This document shows, one piece after another, positions 10,524-20,013 of a DNA stretch of 64,000 bases. Both the position numbers and the translations under genes were made by a program. The stretch's first letter is position 1; the number at the start of each line of letters is the position of its first letter. Origin of the DNA: a virus; the IMG/VR virus record IMGVR_UViG_3300012931_000667, positions 1 to 64,000 of that record; one strand, given 5' to 3'. Under the pieces are notes generated by a model. The model did not search any database. It worked only from the letters and a program-made list of their open reading frames with translations, and was not told the origin of the DNA.

Positions 10524-13176
10524 TTACTCACTATCATCAAAATCAAAATATGAATTTAAATCTCTCATACAACTATCAAATTTTTCAATATTATAATCAT
10601 TATCAATTCTAATTACATCCATATTATTTTTATCTTTTACTATTGTTGCATATGGTCCTAATATTATATAAATATCTCTTAATATTTCATGTGCTTTTTG
10701 TAATGTATTAATTTCAGTTATTAGTTTTTCTATATTACTGAACTCCATCATTTTTATCCTTAATCACTCTTAATACTATATCCATTTTCTTTTAACATTT
10801 TCTTAAACATCTTTCTACCCACATTAAAATCTTTATTTACTTTTCTTACTTCAGTAACCAAATATTTTTCTACTTCTTCATTATCAATAAAATTTTGATA
10901 ATCATTATTAGAATCATAGATATCTACTCCCATATATCTAACTTTTTCATTATTACCATCTGTATGATAATCAAAAGTAAACAAACTATAATTTTCACTT
11001 TTATAGTCAATATCATTAAAATACTTTTCATTTAAATTCTTAATTGCTTCTACTATTAAAATATTCATACTAATTACTCCTTAAATTAATTTTAATATTC
11101 TTCAAATGGTTTTACACTATTTTTTCTTGATAAATAAGTAACTTTATAATAAGAATCAGGTAAACTAAACATTCCTCCACCATATAAGCCAATACTAAAA
11201 GTAACAAAGTAATTATTAATATTATTTACTAGTTCTTGTTTTCTTTTTTCTTTTCTTTCATTTGCATCATTTACTTCTTTTTCTGTATAATGTCCACCTA
11301 ATTGCCCTATAGAATGTTCTTCATAATCAAATATAGTATTTAATTTATATCTAATACTCCCATCTATAGTTACTAAATCAAATTCTTTATATTTACCATC
11401 TACTTCTACCTTTTCACCATTTAACTGTTCTACAATATACCTACAATTTTGTTTTTCTATCTCTCTCCTACCACCATAGCATCCTACATCTACATGATAA
11501 GTACAATATGTTTTTATATAAAATGGATTACATCTATACATATAATTACTAAATAGTTTTTCTATAGTATAAACAGTAGCATGTTCTTTAATTTTTGTAA
11601 AGTCATAGTCTTGATCAATAGTATACCCTGATTGTTTACCATCTTTATTATAGTAAGGAGTAGTAATATCAGTTTGTTCTAGTTCATCATGATAATATAC
11701 TTTTGACATTCCTCTAGGTACAATATAAAATTGTTTTCCTAATAGAAATGGAAAGTCTTCATATGTATATATTTTATGTAGGGTAAACCCATTACAAGTT
11801 TCTTTAGTAAAACCATAGTACCAATGTGAACCTACTTTTGTCGTTGCTCTATATAGTAAGTAGTTATTTCTAGATAAATAATAAAAATTATCTTGGTCAA
11901 TAGAGGCTATAGGATTTTGACCATCACCATTGATAATGATATCATATGATCTACCACCATCACCTTTGCATACAAATATACCTACTTCATTTCCTTTATT
12001 TAATTCAGAATTCAATATTGACAATACTTCTTCATTATTCATTTTTTGTATCCCATTCTATATAACCATATCCAAAATGGAAATTAGTATACATCCTATT
12101 AAAAAAATCATTTTCACTTTCAGTTAAAGCTTGTACCCTATGAGCAAACCATATATAACTTAGTATATCATGAAAAAATTCTACTGATAATATATTATGT
12201 TTTTCTTTAAATCTATTAATAGGAAATCCTATAATTTCTAAATCCTTTAATATCACCTTATAGTTTTCTTCAGTATACTCATATTCTTTTAACATGATAT
12301 CCCTTCTTATTAATCAATATGAATACAAATATTTCCATTTCTCATACTATAGCCAAAGCATAAATTACCATCATCACAAATTAATGCTAAATAATTATTA
12401 GGTAAATCTAAACTATTTTTAATTATCTTGTATGAATGTGTACCATACCCTACACCAGTACTTTCGTAGACTATATCAAAATCATCAATAATTAATTTTT
12501 TATTTTCTATAAACCATTCAGTAGCTATTTTGTATGTTTCTTTTAACCATTTATAAGTTTCATTATTTATTTTACATTTATCCATTTCATCCTTTGTATA
12601 TGCCCATGAAGAATATACAGGATGTAAATCTAGTAGTGGTTGATCCATATTATTCCTCCTCTTCTTCTATTTCAACATAATCATCTATAGATTCATAGGT
12701 ATATACTAACTTATCAATCATTATTAATGGTTGTGCTAAATAGTATCCTTCTGGAATAAAAGTATCATCAACTTTTTTATTATAATGATGATATCTATCA
12801 TTTAATGGTCCACCTACACAATGAAGAATACCACTAATAGTATCTAACTGTTCTTTATATTCATCCATTATTAATTCTAATTTTCTAATCATTAATTGTT
12901 GTTCTATAATTAATTTATCTTTTTCATTCATTCTTTTTTACCTTTTATATCAGGTTCAGCATGACATAACTCATCAGGCCAATGTAAACTTTTTTTTAAG
13001 TAATTTCCTGCTAAAGCGGCATCTTTACATTGTTCTACTGTTTTACCATAAGTAGTAATATGTTGTTGTCCTGATTTTGGATCATAACCAAAGATAACAA
13101 TTTCATCATAATTACTTTTTTCTGAAATTTCTTTTGCTAAACTAATAGGGATATCCATCATAAATATTTTTTCCAT
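10524..13176 (-). CDS. Cluster of seven hypothetical phage proteins
   Basis: Abutting or overlapping ORFs with RBS; no motifs recognised. Confidence 0.55.
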
Positions 13177-13267
13177 TCATTATTGATAGCTTCCATAACA
13201 AATTCACCTAATGCATCTTGTAAATCTTCAGGTTTATACTCACTTTTAATATATTGTATCATTCCCC
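13158..13267 (-). pseudogene. 3' half of a small gene split by the tnpB element
   Basis: Encodes (W)GMIQYIKSEYKPEDLQDALGEFVMEAINNEWKKYL*. Joins in frame to MMVDIRG at 14584-14605. Confidence 0.6.
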
Positions 13268-13279
13268 ATCATTCCTTTT

Positions 13280-14485
13280 TTATAGAAAACTACTTTCTAA
13301 AATTAGGTCTTTTTCGGTAGAGGAATGATAACTTCCTCTAGTTAGAATATTTAAAGCCGCATTATAATCTGCATCTGCTTCAAATCCACAACTTTTACAT
13401 TGGTATTTCTCTCCTTGACGGTTTGATTTATCAACTTCACCACAATTTGAACAAATTTGACTTGTATAAGCTGGATTTACTTTTATCAATTGAAAACCTT
13501 TCTCTTGACTTCGTATCTCCAGCAAGTCTAAAACTTGGTTATAAGCAAAATATTGTTGTATATTTAATTGTTTTCTACTCAATTTAGATTTATATCTAAG
13601 TAATTTTAAATCTTCACATACTATTTTCTGTACATCATCATATTCATTTAGAAATAAATTAATATTCCTATTTATTGAATCCTTCTTATACTTTAAATAC
13701 TGACTATAATTTTTACTTCCTCGTACTTTATTAGAAAGTTTATTATAAATACTTTCCATTTCTTTACCATAATAGTCTTCATTTGAAGAGGATATCAATT
13801 TTTTATATCCTAAGTCAATACCTATAATTGGACCAACAGATTTTTTTATAGTATCCTCTTTTTCAAACATAAAAATAAATTCAAATTGTCCATTACAATT
13901 CTTTTTTAAAAATACTGTTTTTCTTCTATTCCAATCTTTGTATTTATTATATTGCTTATGATATTTAATGGGTAGATTTATTTGTATAGCTCGATGTTTA
14001 TTCTCATAAAAATAAGGTAATTTTAATCCTACAAATTCATTAAATTCTTTAGAATCAGTACTAAAATTAAATTGACGTTCATCTATAGGAATAGTAATAT
14101 TTTTTAATTGTATTTTAATTCTTTTCATATAGTTTATATTTAGTTCACTAAATTTTTTATTAGTAAATTGACTATGAATTCCTTTTTTAATAAAAATAGC
14201 ATACAATTTTTGATATTTCTTAAATGTTCTGTTTTTAGTATATTTTAAATTACTTCTTATTATTTCAGAAGCTTGTTTATATAATATTGATTTATAGTGA
14301 GAATGACTCAATCTAATTGTAGGTAATTCTTTACAGGATAATAATTTTTTAAAAGGTAAATTACCATTAAGAATTAATTTAATATATTCAGTTAAATCAC
14401 TATTATAATCAGTATATAGTTTTTCAAGTAAAGCTAACTTTTGAGTATTACTAAATTTAAGTGTTACTTTACTTGACCTTACCAT
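13280..14485 (-). CDS. tnpB: TnpB RNA-guided endonuclease
   Basis: RuvC-I IGIDLG, RuvC-II VCEDL, VNPAYTSQICSNC...CKSC zinc finger, RuvC-III DADYNAALNI. Confidence 0.93.
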   Translation of the reverse strand: MVRSSKVTLKFSNTQKLALLEKLYTDYNSDLTEYIKLILNGNLPFKKLLSCKELPTIRLSHSHYKSILYKQASEIIRSNLKYTKNRTFKKYQKLYAIFIKKGIHSQFTNKKFSELNINYMKRIKIQLKNITIPIDERQFNFSTDSKEFNEFVGLKLPYFYENKHRAIQINLPIKYHKQYNKYKDWNRRKTVFLKKNCNGQFEFIFMFEKEDTIKKSVGPIIGIDLGYKKLISSSNEDYYGKEMESIYNKLSNKVRGSKNYSQYLKYKKDSINRNINLFLNEYDDVQKIVCEDLKLLRYKSKLSRKQLNIQQYFAYNQVLDLLEIRSQEKGFQLIKVNPAYTSQICSNCGEVDKSNRQGEKYQCKSCGFEADADYNAALNILTRGSYHSSTEKDLILESSFL

Positions 14486-14504
14486 ATCCTTAAATCCTTA
14501 TTAC

Positions 14505-14514
14505 TATATAGTTA
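14505..14514 (-). promoter_or_regulatory. TAACTATWTA putative phage promoter upstream of tnpB
   Basis: TAACTATATA about 20 nt before the tnpB ATG; the same motif recurs upstream of many genes. Confidence 0.5.
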
Positions 14515-14667
14515 AAAACTTTTATATTAACCCTTTTTTCTATACTTTACTATTTTTTACTATAAAATCAATAAACTATCTGTATCCTCTAATATCTACC
14601 ATCATTTAATTATTATTATCATAATATAAAATATTTTAGTATTTCACTCTTGATTTTAGTGTCCATA

Positions 14668-15369
14668 CTACCATCCTATTTCTTTAGAAATTGTAGGAGT
14701 CATACCGCCAAAGGATTGAAATCTAACCATAAAATAATCTGATAATTCTTTAGTAATGAATATTTCATCACCAGCAGGAGAAAACCTATAATAATATGCT
14801 AATTGATAATGATTCATACTATCAATTTTAGTTTTTAGTTCATTAATTCTTTCTATAGTCATTATATATACCATTTATCATAATTTAATTCTTCAATTTT
14901 ATTTTGAAGACCTAGATTGTTTATAAATTCTTGAATACCTTTAGGATTCCTATCAAAATCCCAAAAATTACCTTCAAAAATACATTTACCATCTTTACAT
15001 ATTCTCATCATTTCACATTTGGAATCATAAATTATATCAATCATTTTAATATTTCTCTTTCTTGATCTCTATAGTAACAGGTTTATCAGATTCAAAAATA
15101 ACTTTACCATCTACTATTACTTTTGATAATTCTCTTTCTTTATACATACTAATAACATCAGTAAATAAATAATTATTAAAATCAGTAATTAAGTAAGGAG
15201 TACCTTTACCTTCAAAATAACCAACACAAAATACTTCTTTTCTTTCAAAAAGATTTGCATATTGACTACTAACATCAACTCTAGGTGCTAATCCTTGTGA
15301 TAAATATTTATAAATTTCAGGATGACAGTTAAGATAATTCTTAATATTTACAGTTTCAACTTCTTTCAT
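14668..15369 (-). CDS. Three small hypothetical proteins (14668-14874, 14862-15044, 15046-15369)
   Basis: Packed ORFs downstream of a sigma70-type promoter. Confidence 0.55.
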
Positions 15370-15399
15370 AGTATACCCCTTTTATTTCTAATAAAAAAT

Positions 15400-15427
15400 A
15401 TTATACATAAATTACTAATTTTGTCAA
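15400..15427 (-). promoter_or_regulatory. Sigma70-type promoter immediately after the GIY-YIG gene
   Basis: TTGACA-N16-TATAAT. Confidence 0.7.
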
Positions 15428-15430
15428 TAG

Positions 15431-16213
15431 TTATCCTTCATAATACATCCAATGAAATCCACCAGCTTTATTTATTTCTCCTCTACAACAAGCTCCAATA
15501 CTTGTTCTATTAACTTTTGTTATTTTTGAAGCTTCATGTATAGATTCATAAACAATATTAGTTTCAATATATAAAACTTTTTTTGAGTTCACATTCAAGT
15601 TCCCTCTTTTACCATACATATGATTTTTTTCACCTAATTGTGCTATAGACATTTTATCTTTATGTTCTTTAGTAAATTTTTTACCTTTTCTTAATATACT
15701 CATTTTTGTTTTTGTTTCTTCTGAAGCTTTTTTTCCTAATTTTGTTTTTCTCATTTTTTCTTTAGATTTTTCAGTATGACTTCTTCCTAACCATATTTTA
15801 TTTCCTTTTTTAATTCTTCTTAAATTGTCTTTAACTTTTTCTGATCTTGGTTTCCCTAATTTTGATAAACTTATTTTTAATTTTGCTTCTTCAGTTAAAC
15901 CTCCATTAGTACCTCCTTCTTTCATATTGTACCCATATTCTTTATTTAGTGTCTTATAGAAACTAATGTAGAAACATTCCAAAATATTTAGAATTAATTG
16001 ATCTTTTCTATTTATGTTTGATAATATCTCAAATTTAAAATTATCTTTTCCATAAGTAATCCAAGATTTTTGTAGATGTTTATTATAATGCTTATTATTA
16101 TTTAATAATTTTTTATGATCTTTCCATCTATTATCAATATTTATGCTTTGACCTATATACTTTTTATTATTAATTAAATTAGTAATACAGTAAATCCCAA
16201 TAATTTTTTCCAT
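15431..16213 (-). CDS. Free-standing GIY-YIG homing endonuclease with NUMOD3 repeats and C-terminal HTH
   Basis: GIYCITNLINNKKYIGQS, GYN, repeated H(S/T)EETKxK(M/I)S-type units, C-terminal ESIHEASK...CCRG...AGGFHW. Confidence 0.9.
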   Translation of the reverse strand: MEKIIGIYCITNLINNKKYIGQSINIDNRWKDHKKLLNNNKHYNKHLQKSWITYGKDNFKFEILSNINRKDQLILNILECFYISFYKTLNKEYGYNMKEGGTNGGLTEEAKLKISLSKLGKPRSEKVKDNLRRIKKGNKIWLGRSHTEKSKEKMRKTKLGKKASEETKTKMSILRKGKKFTKEHKDKMSIAQLGEKNHMYGKRGNLNVNSKKVLYIETNIVYESIHEASKITKVNRTSIGACCRGEINKAGGFHWMYYEG

Positions 16214-16324
16214 TATTTTTCCCTTTTAAGTGGTTCCCGCCACTAATACAAATAGTTAAAAAATTAAAAGAGTTAGCTTAAAATTATTAATTTCGAGCAA
16301 CAGGCGGGAACCTGCTGTCCTCTT
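16214..16324 (-). ncRNA. Structured endonuclease-leader RNA, copy 1 (three-way junction plus kissing hairpin)
   Basis: P1 AAGAG/CTCTT, GAC, P2 AGCAGG-TTCCCG-CCTGTT, P3 GCT..AGC, TAA, T-tract, TAACTATTTG, P4 AGTGG-CGGGAA-CCACT, AAAGGG RBS. Homologous to copies 2 and 3. Confidence 0.8.
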
Positions 16325-16329
16325 CTAAT

Positions 16330-18942
16330 TTATAAAGTTTTATCAATATTATTAAAGGAAATTCCCTCCATTCCTAAAAATCCTGCTACTAATCTTTTAG
16401 TTACTAGTTGTCTTTTATGAATAAAAGAACTTAAAATTAAATCCCCTAGTTCATTTTCTTGTATTGCTAATAATCTTTTCATTTTTGTTTGTCTTTTACA
16501 AATTACATTAAAATTTTTATTTTCATACATGTCAATACCATAAATTAGTAATAAATAATCTTTTCCTCTTACTTTAAGAGAAGGCTGTATCATATATCCA
16601 TTTTGAGCATATTGCCTTTGTACTAATGGTTTAAATACAAAACCTTCACCACCATTTTCAGTATACTCTATCCATGAACTAATACAATTATTTATTGATT
16701 TAGGATCATTAAGATTTACATGAATAGACTCTACACATTTAAACTTATCATTTTCAATTGATCGAATGTATCCTAATTTTTCAATGTTGTCAAGTTCTTT
16801 CCCTAATATCCAATCATACTTATTACCAACTTTATCCCCTAATGCTAATATATTAAATACTCTGCAATATGGTTCTTCTTCTGCAATATAATTCTGTAAT
16901 GACTGCATATATTTATCTACATTAATTAATCCATTAACATCTTTTTTAATTGTTCTATCTATAGTAGCACATTCTCCTATACCTTGGAACTTATTTCTAA
17001 TTAACCATTTTCCTTTTAATGACCATGGCATCATTTCAGTATCAAGTATAGTAACGTCATATTCTAATTGATCTACTATTGAATCATAGAATTCTTGATC
17101 CATACTATCATCATCAAAAAATTTATTACCATTACGAGTATTAATATAAATCAATTTATCCATATTAAAATCTTTAGCTATATCTAATGATTTAAATAGT
17201 AATATATGTGCTCGACTACCCATGTACTTCTTTTCTGCTACAAGTTCAGTTATTCCCCTTGATCTATAATAATCAAAAACTGTAGTAGGGTATTCTAGAT
17301 AATCATTATGATCCTTACTAAAGTCTACAGGAGGAACAGTAGGAGCAATATAAAATATATTAGCACTATTAGTAAGGAATGCTCGATTAGAGTATCCATT
17401 AGAAATCTCTTTACCCTCTATGATATAATCACTAACAGGTAAATATATTTGAGAATGAAAACTAGATGTTTTATAACTAAAAGGTAACTTTCTATTAGGA
17501 TCAGAATTAGCAATTACAGCTAATATAGATGGAGTATCATAATAAGGTACTCCACATCCAGGCATATTTGCTCCATCAAGAATCCAACTATGAATAATAC
17601 TTTCTTTTTTATCTTCTGCTAGTTCAATTCCAGCATAACTAATTTCATATTTATTTTTTTCAAAATAACTACTAACTTCACTTTTGAATTGATCCCATGT
17701 AAACTCTATTTTATGCCCTTTATCCCTATAACCATTATTTCCTTGAATCTTTCCACTATCAAATAATTTTGAATTGTAATCATAATTAGGAGTAGTTAAT
17801 ATTATTACTTTAGGATTAATTACATTTATAATAAAATCCATTAATTGTTTTCTTTCATGGTCATCAAAATGCTCTATGATTTCAGATAACAATACAATAT
17901 CTATAGATTGTGGTAGTATTGATACATTAGGATATAGTAAATTCATTTGATAAAAATGAATATGCTTAAATTTATCTAATCCTCTTCCTGCTTTTTCTGA
18001 TGCATCATAAGCATAGATATCAAAAGGAATATTTTCATCTTTTAATTTATCATTTATCATTACTGATAATCTACCATTAGCACAACCATAATCAATAATA
18101 TTTAAATGTTCTGTTACTACTTGTTTTTCTTTTTGCATTAAACTGTAGTACATTACTACCTGATCACTAATCCATTTATGTCGTAATTGATGTAATGTAG
18201 TAAAATCAATATATAGTTGTTCCTTTACTACCTCTTGATCATCATCAATATCAATTACTGATTCTATAAATTTTTTCTCTAATGACTTATTACTTCTGCA
18301 TAATGTACGAATAATATTTTTAGTATAACTATTATCACTTTCTAACCATTGACACATTTTGATATACTTATCTATTTGTTCATCAGAAATAGGAAACATA
18401 TTATAATTAAAAGTAGAGTATAAACAAATCATAAATACTTTCTGTAATGCTACCTGTAATGTACTTTTAATGGTTAGATGTAATCCATAAGCTACATCAA
18501 AATTATCATATGTTTTAAATACATTAAAACCTAATGAACTAAAGACATTATGAATATCTCCAAAATCACATAAAAATGGTCCTATATCAAAACATATATA
18601 CCTTTCTCTAATGGATTCATCTTTAAGAACTGTACCCTTATTCATAAAATTAATAATTTCATCTTTATAATTATTAGTAAAAGCAGAACGTAAACACTCA
18701 TAGATTGAATTTAAAAAATATGGAGTAACCCCATATAACTGATATGAATTATATACTTCTTCATTTCTTTCTTTTAGTGTAGGAAGTAATTCAGTGAAAC
18801 TTAAATTAGAAGTAATACTATACACATTTCCTAAGTATTCTCCTCTTATTTTATTTTTATCATAAATTGATCCTGGCTTTTTGCATAAAAGGTATGAGAA
18901 TATTGAATCATTTTCCTCACCAGAATAAATATTAAAAAACAT
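16330..18942 (-). CDS. Fusion of Hen1 RNA 2'-O-methyltransferase and Pnkp-type RNA ligase domain
   Basis: Hen1 N-domain FSYLLCKKP. MTase motifs IIDYGCANG, EIIEH, TTPNYDYN, RDKGHKIEFTWDQF. Ligase motifs YIAPTVPP, EKKYMGSRA, GEGFVFKP, LKVRGKDYLLLIYG. Confidence 0.85.
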   Translation of the reverse strand: MFFNIYSGEENDSIFSYLLCKKPGSIYDKNKIRGEYLGNVYSITSNLSFTELLPTLKERNEEVYNSYQLYGVTPYFLNSIYECLRSAFTNNYKDEIINFMNKGTVLKDESIRERYICFDIGPFLCDFGDIHNVFSSLGFNVFKTYDNFDVAYGLHLTIKSTLQVALQKVFMICLYSTFNYNMFPISDEQIDKYIKMCQWLESDNSYTKNIIRTLCRSNKSLEKKFIESVIDIDDDQEVVKEQLYIDFTTLHQLRHKWISDQVVMYYSLMQKEKQVVTEHLNIIDYGCANGRLSVMINDKLKDENIPFDIYAYDASEKAGRGLDKFKHIHFYQMNLLYPNVSILPQSIDIVLLSEIIEHFDDHERKQLMDFIINVINPKVIILTTPNYDYNSKLFDSGKIQGNNGYRDKGHKIEFTWDQFKSEVSSYFEKNKYEISYAGIELAEDKKESIIHSWILDGANMPGCGVPYYDTPSILAVIANSDPNRKLPFSYKTSSFHSQIYLPVSDYIIEGKEISNGYSNRAFLTNSANIFYIAPTVPPVDFSKDHNDYLEYPTTVFDYYRSRGITELVAEKKYMGSRAHILLFKSLDIAKDFNMDKLIYINTRNGNKFFDDDSMDQEFYDSIVDQLEYDVTILDTEMMPWSLKGKWLIRNKFQGIGECATIDRTIKKDVNGLINVDKYMQSLQNYIAEEEPYCRVFNILALGDKVGNKYDWILGKELDNIEKLGYIRSIENDKFKCVESIHVNLNDPKSINNCISSWIEYTENGGEGFVFKPLVQRQYAQNGYMIQPSLKVRGKDYLLLIYGIDMYENKNFNVICKRQTKMKRLLAIQENELGDLILSSFIHKRQLVTKRLVAGFLGMEGISFNNIDKTL

Positions 18943-18955
18943 ATGTTACCTACCT

Positions 18956-19399
18956 TTAATTTAAGTATGATAATGGAAATCTTGATATAATAGAATATAG
19001 ATTAGGAGTTACATAATCTTTAGCTTCTTCCATAGTAACATACATAAAATTATCAACTTCTGGACTATTACTATTATCAATAAGGGAATTACATTTTAAA
19101 CTAGATGTAGAAAGTAACCAATTAGAACTATTGTTAGGATTCCAAAATTTTAATTCATATAAAACTAAGAATTTACCCCTAGTATAAGAATGAATACCTA
19201 AAAAATTAATAGAAGAATCATATATATGTCTATTAATATTTGTTTCTTCATATAATTCTCGTGAAGCACATTCTAAATAACTTTCATTATCTTCTTTTAT
19301 ACCTTTTGGGATATCCCACCTAGAAGGATTAGAATTAGTTACATGACAAATTAAGAATTTTTTGGTATCGTGTACTAAAGTTCCACATGTATAGATCAT
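18956..19399 (-). CDS. Nudix hydrolase
   Basis: WDIPKG...ESYLECASRELYEET Nudix box. Confidence 0.85.
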   Translation of the reverse strand: MIYTCGTLVHDTKKFLICHVTNSNPSRWDIPKGIKEDNESYLECASRELYEETNINRHIYDSSINFLGIHSYTRGKFLVLYELKFWNPNNSSNWLLSTSSLKCNSLIDNSNSPEVDNFMYVTMEEAKDYVTPNLYSIISRFPLSYLN

Positions 19400-19450
19400 A
19401 ATACCTTCTTTATTAAAAATATTTATTGAATTGTATCAGAAATAATTAGT

Positions 19451-20002
19451 CTAGTCTAGTCCATAGGTTTTGATCTTATTAGCAATACCATATTTTATAC
19501 AATCTTTAGCTGTAAAATATTTTTCCTCATATTTTAATTTTATATCTAACATTGATTTAGGTATTCTAGTTTCTTTTTCATATATTGATTTCATAGAGTT
19601 ATTAAATTTAATAGCATAGTCAAGATCATCTTCACTATCACCAAGTTTAGGATCATCATTAGAAGTTCCATGACAAGAATGTATTAAAAATAATGATGAT
19701 GGTGATACATATCTATTTTCTCCTGCTAGATAAAGTAATGTACTAGCAGAACAACAATACCCATTTATGTATGTATTTACTGTTATAGGACAAGTTTTAA
19801 TATAGTCATAAGCTCCACATGGATCACCACCTAGTGAGTCTATCACTATATTTATTTCATCAAAATCTCTCATAGCAATTATTTCCATCATATATAATTG
19901 TAAATGATAAAAGGATACTCTATCTAATTCATCATAGAAAAAGATAGTATTATCTTTTTTATATACTGATATTAGTTCTTCTTTTGATGATCGATCAGCC
20001 AT
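19451..20002 (-). CDS. ClpP-like serine protease
   Basis: IDSLGG, GYCCSASTLLYLAG (catalytic Ser), FLIH, FTAKDCIKYGIA. Confidence 0.8.
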   Translation of the reverse strand: MADRSSKEELISVYKKDNTIFFYDELDRVSFYHLQLYMMEIIAMRDFDEINIVIDSLGGDPCGAYDYIKTCPITVNTYINGYCCSASTLLYLAGENRYVSPSSLFLIHSCHGTSNDDPKLGDSEDDLDYAIKFNNSMKSIYEKETRIPKSMLDIKLKYEEKYFTAKDCIKYGIANKIKTYGLD

Positions 20003-20013
20003 AACAATAATAG

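Larger units (their letters stand above)
13268..14583 (-). mobile_element. Non-autonomous tnpB-only IS element (IS200/IS605 or IS607 superfamily)
   Basis: Removing this interval restores an in-frame ORF, with GAT microhomology at both junctions. Phased ATAG(T/A)AAA repeats at the left end; hairpins at the tnpB 3' end; no transposase gene nearby. Confidence 0.7.

Noticed and set aside
13100-14700. CRISPR array associated with the TnpB/Cas12f-like gene
   Set aside because: No repeat-spacer array was seen here or elsewhere in the window, and the flanks are explained by an interrupted gene.
16214-16324. Assignment of the leader to a hammerhead, HDV-like or other known ribozyme, a known riboswitch, or a tRNA
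   Set aside because: Diagnostic cores (for example CUGAnGA/GAAA or a T-loop) were not found by eye. An Rfam scan is still needed.
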